A stretch of DNA of 64,000 bases from Octopus sinensis (taxonomy: Eukaryota), in assembly GCF_006345805.1 (NCBI RefSeq), contig NW_021832282.1:69063-133062 (forward strand). The letters run 5' to 3'. Made by a program: the position numbers and the translations under genes. The notes beneath the pieces were generated by a model, which was not told the origin of the DNA, did no database searches, and saw only the letters and a program-made list of their open reading frames with translations. Positions 53,111-63,334 of the stretch are shown here, piece after piece (within the stretch, counting starts at the first letter, position 1; the number at the start of each line of letters is the position of its first letter).

Positions 53111-53779
53111 AGTAAATAAATGGAGTTGAACGAAGATGTTAACAAAATTCCTTTACTCTCGACATATGTTTCAAAGACAACATTGGTTTTATTCCAAAGG
53201 AATAAACTGTGTAAAATGCAATCTTCTCATCAGGAAAGAAAGAGAGCCTATCTCAACAACAAGACATTATAAACATAGGTTTATAAGAGTAAAAGAGTAT
53301 AGATTGAAAGTAAAAGAATTTTAATGACATCTGCGTTCAACTCCATTTATTTACTTATACTACACAAATTACTGCACATTAACCCGGGGTTTCTACCTTT
53401 GAATAGGTGGATACATCCTTGTTACTTGCATGAATTTTGCTACCCTGGTAACTGTTTATTGAATTTTCCATGTTAATGGTAAACGAAGGATAATTCATTC
53501 ATCCATTTACATATATATATACATATATATGCATATGTATACACACACACAAACGCACATACACACATAGTGAATTATGGTGTTGTGATCTAAGCTGTAT
53601 AGATAACCACATCAACCAGTGAAAATTATATTATTTTTTAATCTTTGTCTGAAGAATTATGGATAGGAGATTCTTTTCATTTTTTTTTCCTACATGTATA
53701 ATTTTGTAACTTCTATCCTGTAATGGAACAAGTGTATCATGGATGTTAAAAATATACAAAAGATTTTCCAGTTTACTGT

Positions 53780-53816
<37 letters not shown>

Positions 53817-54541
53817 CTATATATATAATGTATGTATATGTATATATTCTTTTATTCTTTTATTTACTTTGGTCATTTGACTGTGGCCAGCCGGAGCATA
53901 TATATATGATCAAAATAAGCAACTGGATATCAAGTAGTAATGCAGTGCTATCTTCAGCTGCACAAAAAGTATATGGAACTTCAACAGGTAGGATATATTA
54001 ATATAATTTTCCTTAAATATTTTAACAGTGCAGGAAGAGGGAAGAAATTCATGTTGTCGCTATTGTAGCAAGAATGGCTAAGAAAAACAGACTACAATTT
54101 CTTAGAATAGCATGGAACATAGTGGGGTAATGGGGTTGTAATTCATTTCCAAACTTATTTATCTCTTAATCGTCTACTACAACCTGAGACTAGAAGACTG
54201 TGTATATTTAGAATAAAGAGCAAAAGTGAGTTGACACCCCATGGCTAGCTATTAGTCATAAGTATTGTTATAGATAACCCTCTACCCACAAGAGAAAAGA
54301 AACAAAACTTTAGAAAGATTTAATTAGATAGAAGAGGTAGGGTAAGGATTGACTTTAATTCATGATGTTAATCACCGGTTAAAGGGGCAAAGCACTATGA
54401 AACTTAAGATGCTATAATGAGGATAAATTATCCTTTATAAATTGCTATTTTTCTTGTTTTTAAATTGATATTTTTCAGTTAATTATGTTTGTGCAAAATA
54501 TTTATACTATATTCTTTTATATAAGTGTATATATATTTGCT

Positions 54542-55398
54542 GGATCTTTTCGGTTTGAACGGCAGTTTTTAACATAATTTCTAGGTAACTAAACACTTTT
54601 AAACTTCGTATACTGGTAGAATGTGTTTATAAAACATCTTTTTCTCTTGGCTTTATTGAGAGAATTCTATAGTTTGTAAGATATTTGGGATCTTTTCGGT
54701 TTGAATGGGAGTTTTTTTAAATAATTTCCACGTAACTAAACACTTTTAAACTTCAGATACTGGTAGAATGTGTTTATAAAACATCTTTTTCTCTTGGCTT
54801 TATTGAGAGAATTCTATAGTTTGTAAGATATTTGGGATCTTTTTGGTTTGAACGGGAGTTTTTTTAAATAATTTCCACGTAACTAAACACTTTTAAACTT
54901 CGTATACTTGTAGAATGTGTTTATAAAACATCTTTTTCTCTTGGCTTTATTGAGAAAATTCTATAGTTTGTAAGATATTTGGGATGTTTTCGGTTTGAAC
55001 GGGAGTTTTTTAAAATATTTTCCACGTAACTAAACACTTTTAAACTTCATATTCTGGTAGAATGTGTTTATAAAACATCTTTTTCTCTTGGCTTTATTGA
55101 GAAAATTCTATAGTTTGTAAGATATTTGTTGGTTTTTTTCTTTAGTTTCTGCAATTTCAACCAATCAATGACGTCTATTGAAGTGAAAACATTCTGTGCC
55201 GTATGAATATGTCCTTCGTTTAAGAAAGAGATTGGGTTTATTTACATATGTAAAGAAAAAAATATACCCTTCCCCCCATCACTAACCCTAACCCTAAAAC
55301 ATATTGAAATGCAATAGATTGATACTAGGGTCATAATTATGGGTGACAATTTCATATGATCCCGCTAGAAAAAACTGCCATTCAAACCGAATAGATCC
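54542..55398 (-). mobile_element. Family M element, complete, with four 147-bp terminal modules
   Basis: Module junctions GATATTT|GGGAT at about 54687, 54834 and 54981. Both TIRs are present. Confidence 0.9.
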
Positions 55399-55422
55399 TC
55401 TTTGCTTATATGTATATATACA

Positions 55423-55655
55423 GGCGGGGAGCTGGCAGAGACGTTAGCACGCCGGGCGAAATGTGTAGCCGTATTTCGTGTGCCGTTACGTTCTGAGTTC
55501 AAATTCCGCTGAGGTCGACTTTGCCTTTCATCCTTTTAGGGGGTCGATTAAATAAAGTGCCAGTTATGCACTGGGGTCGATGTAATCGACTTAATCACTT
55601 TGTCTTTTTTTTTTTGTCCTCTCTGTGTTTAGCCCCTTGCGGGCAATAAAGAAAT
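55423..55655 (+). mobile_element. SINE family B
   Basis: GGCGGGGAGCTGGCAGAG head, GAGTTCAAATTCC B box, GTCGACTTTGCCTTTCATCC core. Confidence 0.85.
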
Positions 55656-55664
55656 ATATATATA

Positions 55665-56011
55665 TGGCCGTCTGCCAGCCTCGTCTGGCACCTGTGTCGG
55701 TGGCACATAAAAAAACACCATCCGAGCGTGGCCGTCTGCCAGCCTCGTCTGGCACCTCTGTCGGTGGCACATAAAAAACACCATCCGAGCGTGGCCGTCT
55801 GCCAGCCTCGTCTGGCACCTGTGTCGGTGGCACATAAAAGCACCCTTTACACTCTCGGAGTGGTTGGCGTTAGGAAGGGCATCCAGCTGTAGAAACACTG
55901 CCAGATCTGACTGGCCTGGTGCAGCCTTCGGGCTTGCCAGACCCCAGTTGAACCGTCCAACCCATGCTAGCATGGAAAGCGGACGTTAAACGATGATGAT
56001 GATGATGATGA
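55665..56011 (+). mobile_element. 5'-truncated RTE 3'UTR (three 63-bp units)
   Basis: Same terminus and (GAT)n tail as the other copies, flanked by (TA)n. Confidence 0.85.
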
Positions 56012-56172
56012 TATATACACATATATATATATGTATGTGTGTCTTAAAATGTTTATATACATATATATCTGACAATGCTTCATGAAATACACACACACAC
56101 ACACATAAATACATGCACATACACAATCATACAATCATTTAAATTCAAATCAAGAGGATATATTTTACTTAC

Positions 56173-56282
56173 TATCAACTGAATTTGTGAGACTATGATA
56201 ATTGCCATTGCTTCCCAGTCTTATATTGGTTGTAAATCTCGTAATTGACTGCTGTGTCCACGTGATAGAAAAATGCATCTCA
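56173..56282 (-). CDS. Candidate downstream exon of the PAN gene (phase 2 to phase 1)
   Basis: TTGTTTTAG|T GAG ATG...GAT A|GTAAGT. Open frame EMHFSITWTQQSITRFTTNIRLGSNGNYHSLTNSVD. Confidence 0.3.
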
Positions 56283-56605
56283 CTAAAACAAATAAATTAC
56301 AATTGATAGAAAATTTTCACAATTGTATTTACAAAAACCACTTCTGTTTAATTAAATCAATGAGATTATCATTTCATCTCTGATCTTAGTGCATGTTTCA
56401 GAACCAGGTTGTTATTCATGATAAAAATGACATCTATTTAGGGTAAAGAGGATCTGTGAATCAAAGGCATTCCAACCATGACAAACCTGTCATATTTCCT
56501 ACTTAGATAGAATGTATGTCGAACCACATCGACCAATGAGAGTACAGAATTTAGTGGAAAGAAAACCAGATTGTAATAGAAACATGATGTTCCATCAACT
56601 CTCAC

Positions 56606-56664
56606 CTGTTCCATCATTTGGAATCATGTATATTTTTAAAATAAAGAATGCAGTGTTTTTAGCT
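56606..56664 (-). CDS. Candidate exon 4 of the PAN gene (phase 2 to phase 1)
   Basis: CTTTTAG|A GCT...ACA G|GTGAGA, encoding AKNTAFFILKIYMIPNDGT. Phase is compatible with the 58490 donor. Confidence 0.45.
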
Positions 56665-56766
56665 CTAAAAGATGAAACAGTTGCTATGCAACCACAACTT
56701 TGTGTCAGCAGGTGTGTTTTGGGATAAGGGAATTCAATAAGGAGTGTCAGAAAACTGAGTGTTCTA

Positions 56767-57754
56767 CAGGGTGTCCACAAAGTCTGGGTACCCACATGGG
56801 TATTAACACATACTTTAAGAAATTATTATTTATTATATGTAATTCTTTATGCTATGATTTTATTTGCTCCATGTACCCACATGGGTATTAACGTTTGTGT
56901 GTGCGTATGTGTGTGACCACACCCTAGTGGTTGAGGGAACCTGTGGAAGAGGTAGACCCAGGAAAACCTGGGACGAGGTGGTGAAGCACGACCTTCGAAC
57001 ATTAGGTCTCATCGAGGAAATGACCAGAGACCGAGACCTTTGGAAGTATGCTGTGCGTGGGAAGACCCAGCAGGATAAGTGAGACCATAACCTGTGGCCT
57101 CTACCTGGGACGTAGCCAGCCCACTTATGCATACCTTTCCTGCTTGTGACACAAACCCTACTTGTGAAGACCTGTTGAGGCAAGTGAAAATCAAAATCAA
57201 AATCAAAATCAAAATCGATCAACATCAATGGAAATTGTAGCTGTGATACCAGTGCCGATGGCACATAAAAGAACCATCCGATCATGGCTGTTGCCAGCGC
57301 TGCCCCGACTGGTCTCTGTGCCGGTGGCACGTAAAATGCACCATCCGATTGTGGCCATTGCCTGCCTCGTCTGTCCTCCGTGCCGGTGGCATATAAAAAG
57401 CACCATCCGATTGTGGCCATTGCCTGCCTCGTCTGTCCTCCGTGCCGGTGGCACGTAAAAAGCACCATCCGATCGTGGCCGTTTACCAGCCTCGTCTGGC
57501 ACCTGTGCAGGTGGCACGTAAAAAGCACCCACTACACTCACGGAGTGGTTGGCGTTAGGAAGGGCATCCAGCAGTAGAAACATTGCCAGATCAGACTGGG
57601 CCTGGTGCAGCCTTCGGGCTTCCCAGACCCCAGTTGAACCATCCAACCCATGCTAGCATGAAAAGCGGACGTTAAACGATGATGATGGTGATGATTTAAT
57701 TCTTTATGCTACGATTTTATTTGCTTCATGTACCCAGACTTTGTGGACATCCTG
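56767..57754. mobile_element. Short Tc1/mariner-type MITE split by an RTE insertion
   Basis: TA|CAGGGTGTCCACAAAGTCTGGGTAC ... GTACCCAGACTTTGTGGACATCCTG|TA. Confidence 0.8.
56905..57695 (+). mobile_element. RTE LINE 3' end (ORF2 C-terminus plus complete 3'UTR)
   Basis: VEGTCGRGRPRKTWDEVVKHDLRTLGLIEEMTRDRDLWKYAVRGKTQQDK* followed by UTR and (GAT)n. Confidence 0.9.
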
Positions 57755-57943
57755 TAGAATGGATGTTTTAGGAAATGTGTCTGATACGAATGCGACAAAT
57801 TGGCTGCCAACGAAAGGACTGATAAATGTACCCTGTGACTGTGTATAACAGTTATACAGTTTGATGGGTCAGAAATTTGCTTGAATAATGGTAGGCTCGA
57901 TCGAGTATAGGCACTGTGAATTTGTGGACAAATAGTTATAATA

Positions 57944-58312
57944 CAGGGTGTCCCAAAAATGATGTACCCTCTCTTTGACTTCTCAGTACTCATGCATTTT
58001 GTGTTCAAGTAGATGTTTATTGATATACATACAGTCCTAAAAAGTTAAATTAAATTCAGGAAAATAAATTGTTGTAGAAACGATTATTTATTGTCATTTA
58101 GAATTATTTAACGTTCTCTCTCGTTCCTGCGTGTTTGCAAATGTTCAAACTGCCTTCCTTCATTTTCCAAACAAAGCTGATAATGTCCAACAATGGATTC
58201 AACAACATTGCCAAACATTTCATTTGGAATTGCAAGACCCCGTATTCGAATTTCATTTTTCAAATCATCAATTGTCACTGGTTTTACAGTGTAAACCTTA
58301 TCTTTGAGATGT
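57944..58312 (-). pseudogene. Tc1/mariner transposase C-terminal remnant with TIR
   Basis: Minus strand LKDKVYTVKPVTIDDLK / IPNEMFGNVVESIVGHYQLCLENEGRQFEHL (one frameshift). TA|CAGGGTGTCCC terminus at 57942-57954. Confidence 0.75.
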
Positions 58313-58430
58313 CATGGAGCTTTAGGTGTTTTCGCTCAATAAACACACACAACGCCCGGTCTGGGAATTGAAACCAAGATCCTCCGACCATGAGTCCGCT
58401 GCCCTAACCACTGGGCCATTGCACCTCCAC
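58313..58430 (-). mobile_element. SINE-C head fragment
   Basis: Reverse complement of GTGGAGGTGCAATGGCCCAGTGGTTAGGG...ACACCTAAAGCTCC. Confidence 0.75.
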
Positions 58431-58489
58431 AAAAGAACTATTATTAAATTATTAAAGATGTTAATTATGAGTAAGGAGATAATATATAC

Positions 58490-58638
58490 TTCTCATTGAT
58501 ACTAAGTTCCTGTATATCCAGATCAGTAGATCCATTTCTAATGAATTTTTCTTTCTGGAACCATGATGTAGAATTCGTCCCTGTACCGTTGAAAATAAAT
58601 TCATAATTATGGCCTTCGTCAATCAACTGAAGTTTAAC
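58490..58638 (-). CDS. Exon 3 of secreted PAN-domain gene
   Basis: TTTGTAG|GTT AAA... encodes VKLQLIDEGHNYEFIFNGTGTNSTSWFQKEKFIRNGSTDLDIQELSINE, then AA|GTATAT. Phase 0 matches the exon 2 donor. Confidence 0.75.
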
Positions 58639-58741
58639 CTACAAATAGAAAGTAAACTGAGATCATTAAAGAATTTAAGACAGCGAGGGAAGATAGAGCT
58701 GTAGAAGGAGTATAGAGACTATGGTATGATACAGGCAATAA

Positions 58742-59215
58742 GGCGGCGAGCAGGCAGAATCGTTAGCATGCCGGGCGAAATGCGTAGCTGTATTTCGTCT
58801 GCCGTTATGTTCTGAGTTCAAATTCCACCGAGGTCGACTTTGCCTTTCATCCTTTCAGGGTCGATAAATTAAGTACCGGTTACGCACTGGGGTTGATGTA
58901 ATCGACCTAATCTGTTTGTCTGTCTTGTTTGTCCCCTCTGTGTTTAGCCCCTTGTGGGTAGTAAAGAAATAGGTATTTTGTCTGCTGTTACGTTCTGAGT
59001 TCAAATTCCACCGACGTCGACGAATACCTGTTTCTTTACTACCCACAAAGGGCTAAACACAGAAGGGACAAACAAGGACAGACAAACAGATTAAGTCGAT
59101 TACATCTACCCCAGTGCGTAACTGGTACTTAATTTATCTACCCCGAAAGGATGAAAGGCAAAGTCGACCTCGGCGGAATTTGAACACAGAATGTAACGGC
59201 AGACGAAATACCTAT
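58742..59215. mobile_element. Two SINE-B copies in inverted orientation
   Basis: Plus copy at about 58742-58980 and minus copy at about 59025-59215 share the GTCGAC...TTTCATCC core. Confidence 0.8.
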
Positions 59216-59356
59216 TTCTTTACTACTATAAAGGAGCTGTTGTGGTAGCAGACCATGAAACACAGTTTAAATTCCTCCATATGGTAAGAACAAAATGTAC
59301 TAGAGCGATATCGAGAGAAAACGGTAAAAACAAATACCCCAAATATACTCTTTACT

Positions 59357-59970
59357 CTCTTTTACTCTTTTACTTGTTTCAGTCATTTGACTGCGGCCAT
59401 GCTGGAGCACCGCCTTTAATCGAGCAACTTGACCCCGGGACTTATTCTTTTGTAAGCCCAGTACTTATTCTATCGGTCTCTTTTGCCGAACCGCTAAGTG
59501 ACGGGGACGTAAACACACCAGCATCAGTTGTCAAGCAACACTAGGGGGACAAACATAGACACTCACACGCATATATATATATATACGACGGGCTTCTTTC
59601 AGTTCCGTCTACCAAATACACTCACAAGCTCTGGTTGGCCCCGAGGCTATAGTAGAAGACACTTGCCCAAGGTGCCACGCAGTGGGACTGAACCCAGAAC
59701 CATGTGGTTTGGTAAACAGCTACTTACCCACAGCTACTCCTGCACCTATATATATATATATATATATGTACACACAACACACACATACAATATATACAGA
59801 TATACAATGGGCTTCTTTCAGTTTCCGTCTACCAAATACACTCACAAGGCTTTGGTCGGCCCGAGGCTATAGTAGAAGACACTTGCCCAAGGTGCCATGC
59901 AGTGGGACTGAACCCAGAACCATGTGGTTGGTAAACAAGCTACTTACCACACAGCCACTACTGCGCCTAT
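59357..59970 (-). mobile_element. SINE-A with duplicated head
   Basis: The head/core segment occurs twice (about 59585-59750 and 59805-59970). Confidence 0.8.
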
Positions 59971-60024
59971 ATGTCGAATTTTTTATTAAATAAGAATCAT
60001 TTTGAAATTGCAAAAATTCCTTAC

Positions 60025-60125
60025 CTTTTCAATGGCCAAGTTGTCCCAGTATAAATAAATAGGACTTCTTTTGAATGAGTTTGGGGTTATCTCAAATACC
60101 TTCTGCCAGCTTTTACGTGCATCAG
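60025..60125 (-). CDS. Exon 2 of secreted PAN-domain gene
   Basis: TTTATAG|CT GAT...GAA AAG|GTAAGG, encoding DARKSWQKVFEITPNSFKRSPIYLYWDNLAIEK. The phase-1 start matches the exon 1 donor. Confidence 0.72.
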
Positions 60126-60399
60126 CTATAAATAATAACCAATAATTTAGATGTAAAGATACAAACAAGATGTTTAAAACAGCAGGAAACGGTTGCATGA
60201 AAGCATGTGCCTAATGAGCAAAATTTTGAAAAATATCTCTTTTTCTTAAGGGTAATTTTTATATTATTTTTATATATTTATTTTCAGGTACTACTTAAGA
60301 AGAGTGCTCCTGGTGCGTGCACTCGCGCATCCGCGCTAGCTAGTCGCGACTAGTCGATCCTTACTTTGTGTTTTTGTGTTGTATTTACTTTGTTTAAAA

Positions 60400-60471
60400 A
60401 AAGCATCGGTTGTCAAGTGATGTTGGATGGGACAAACACAGACACACAAACATACATGCACACACACACAT

Positions 60472-60513
<42 letters not shown>

Positions 60514-61229
60514 TATACATATATACGACGGGCTTCTTTCAGTTTCCGTCTACCAAATCCACTCACAAGGCTTTGGTTGGCCCGAGGCTATAACAGAGGA
60601 CACTTGCCGAAGGTGCTACACAGTGGGATTGAACCCAGAACTATATGGTTGATAAACAAGCTACATACCACACAGCCACTCCTGCGCCTATATATATATA
60701 TATATATATATACGTGTGCACACACACACACACACACACATACACATACACGCATGTTCTCTCTCTCACTTCCTCCTCATCCACCTCACCCTCTTGTGCA
60801 GTCTTGTTCCTCCCCACCACTACGAAACTTTATAAAATGATTAAAATTCCCCACAAGGGAATTATTTTGATTTGAAAACCCCACTAGAATGGGAGAAAGT
60901 GCTAATAATCTGAATGATATGATATATATGTAAAAAATGTAATATATAAATAAATATCTGTAAATACAAACCATCCGATCTTCTGATTACCTCATTTCTT
61001 CTAATATTTAATACCTGTACATCATCTCCAAATCTTCCAATATATATATATATATATATACACGATGGTCTTCTTTCAGTTTCCGTCTACCAAATCCACT
61101 CACAAGGCTTTGCCTGACCCGAAGCTATATTAGATAACACTTGCCCAAGTGGGACTGAACCGGAACCATGTGGTTGGTAAACAAGCTACTTACCACACAG
61201 CCACACCTCCTATAACCACTATATATATA

Positions 61230-61328
<99 letters not shown>

Positions 61329-61497
61329 ATATATATATAGGCGCAGGAGTGGCTGTGTGGTAAGTAGCTTGCTAACAACACATGGTTCTGGGTTCAGTCC
61401 CACTGCGTGGCATCTGGGCAAGTGTCTTCTGCTATAGCCCTGGCAGACCAATGCCTTTGAGTGGATTTGGCAGACGGAAACTGAAAGAAGCCTGTCA
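60400..61497. mobile_element. Cluster of SINE-A heads (60400-60690 minus, 61065-61205 minus, 61339-61497 plus) with (TA)n
   Basis: Homology to the 49240-49710 head. The last two are inverted around a (TA)n tract. Confidence 0.75.
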
Positions 61498-61815
61498 TAT
61501 ATATATATATATATATTACATATATATACATGTACATATATAATATATATATATATACATATACATATATATATAGATATACATATACATAGATATATAT
61601 ATATATATATATTACATTACATATATATATATATATATATCATATAATTTATTAAAGCAGCCGATGAACGGCAATGGGAAACTCAGAGTAACAGGTTTTG
61701 TTGAATTTTCTGCTGCTTTAAATAAAGCATATTACTCTACCACTGGTATTTGAGTACTCTTTTTTCCACCTTGTTTCACATTTATGTGTTTACTCCGGTA
61801 TATATGTCATATATA

Positions 61816-61915
61816 TTTATCATCATTAACCAAATATATATGTGCTATAACCACTATATATATATATATATATATAGTGGTTATAGCACATATATATTTG
61901 GTTAATGATGATAAA
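61816..61915. repeat. Perfect 100-bp palindrome centred on (TA)n
   Basis: TTTATCATCATTAACCAAATATATATGTGCTATAACCAC(TA)n GTGGTTATAGCACATATATATTTGGTTAATGATGATAAA, with no spacer. Confidence 0.95.
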
Positions 61916-61953
61916 AATTAGAAAAGCATACAAGGAAATTATAATTTACGTAC

Positions 61954-62257
61954 CGTTTCCAGAGAGCCTAATGTACGATGAACAGTTGCAATCATAATGT
62001 TCAATTTCTTTGTCGTAAAATAATCGATGCATGTAACATGAGCCATTGCAGTAGCTAAAATATTTGCACTTCTCGTGGCAAATACACCGAGATGCACAGT
62101 CTTCAGCAGACTTCGTGTTTTCAATTATATTTTTTTCGTCTCTCTGTAAGCATTTTGATTTAGTGGTTTCTCTGAATAGGGTTGTTGTACACCCTGATTC
62201 CCCAGCCAACGCAGTCACGAAAAATACAAAAGTCAAAGCTGGCAACAATATGATCAT
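61954..62257 (-). CDS. First coding exon: signal peptide plus PAN/Apple-like Cys-rich domain
   Basis: MIILLPALTFVFFVTALAG hydrophobic leader; DCASRCICHEKCKYFSYCNGSCY fits CxxxC...CxxFxY...C. Acceptor TTTTTCAG at 62287 and donor G|GTACGT at 61954. Confidence 0.8.
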
Positions 62258-62323
62258 CAGACGATAGTGAATGGATGTTTCTTTTCCTGAAAAATGAAAA
62301 ATATATAACAATACATGATGTAT

Positions 62324-63215
62324 TTTGCGCAGGAGTGGATGCGTGGTAAGTAGCTTGCTAACCAACCACATGGTTCCGGATTCAGTCCCACTGCGGGGCA
62401 TCTTGGGCAAGTGTCTTCTGCTATAGCCCCGGGCCGACCAATGCCTTGTGAGTGGATTTGGTAGACGGAAACTGAAAGAAGCCTGTCGTATATATGTATA
62501 TATATATAAGTGTGTGTGATATGTTTGTGTGTCTGTGTTGTCCCCCTAGCATTGCCTGACAACCGATGCTGGTGTGTTTACGTCCCCGTCACTTAGCGGT
62601 TCGGCAAAAGAGACCGATAGAATAAGTACGGGCTTACAAAGAACAAGTCCTGGGGTCGATTTGCTTGACTAAAGACGGTGCTCCAGTCGTATATATGTAT
62701 ATATATATATAAGTGTGTGTGTATATGTTTGTGTGTCTGTGTTTGTCCCCCTAGCATTGCCTGACAACCGATGCTGGTGTGTTTACGTCCCCGTCACTTA
62801 GCGGTTCGGCAAAAGAGACCGATAGAATAAGTACTGGTCTTACAAAGAATAAGTCCCGGGGTCGATTTGCTCGACTAAAGGCGGTGCTCCAGCATGGCGG
62901 CAGTCAAATGACTGAAACAAGTAAAAGAGTAAACTTAGCGGTTCGACAAAAGAGACCGATAGAATGAGTACTAGGCTTACAAAGAATAAGTCCCGGGGTC
63001 GATTTGCTCGACTAAAGGCGGTGCTCCAGCATGGCCGCAGTCAAATGACTGAAACAAGTAAAAGAGTAAACTTAGCAGTTCGGCAAAAGAGACCGATAGA
63101 ATAAGTACTGGTCTTACAAAGAATAAGTCCCGAGGTCGATTTGCTCGACTAAAGGCGGTGCTCCAGCATGGCCGCAGTCAAAGGACTGAAACAAGTAAAA
63201 GAGTAAAAGAGAGAG
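62324..63215 (+). mobile_element. Composite SINE-A (duplicated middle, three tail modules) flanked by a 14-bp TSD
   Basis: AATACATGATGTAT at 62310-62323 and 63216-63229. Tail junction AAAAGAGTA|AACTTAGC. Confidence 0.85.
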
Positions 63216-63334
63216 AATACATGATGTATGATGGCTGTCCCCTCGTTATCGAGTATGGCCATTGCATGAAGCTTAATCGAATGTGACCTTTAGCCCAGCC
63301 AAAGATCTACAATGTCTACATCATCATATCATCT

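Noticed and set aside
53140-53200. Half hammerhead (GAAACATATGTC on the minus strand)
   Set aside because: The CUGANGA box and helix II are not found.
53900-54010. Possible further exon (VPYTFCAAEDSTALL on minus, or a CAG|GTAGG donor on plus)
   Set aside because: No convincing acceptor-donor pair on either strand.
39135-55295. Interstitial telomere (TTAGGG/CCCTAA) motifs
   Set aside because: Only 1-3 units, always at the same internal position of family M elements.
60786-60910. Possible extra PAN-gene exon (LLALSPILVGF...DCTRG with TTCAG and GTGAG sites)
   Set aside because: It is open only as phase 2-2. Exons 1 and 2 join in phase 1, where it gives an immediate stop.
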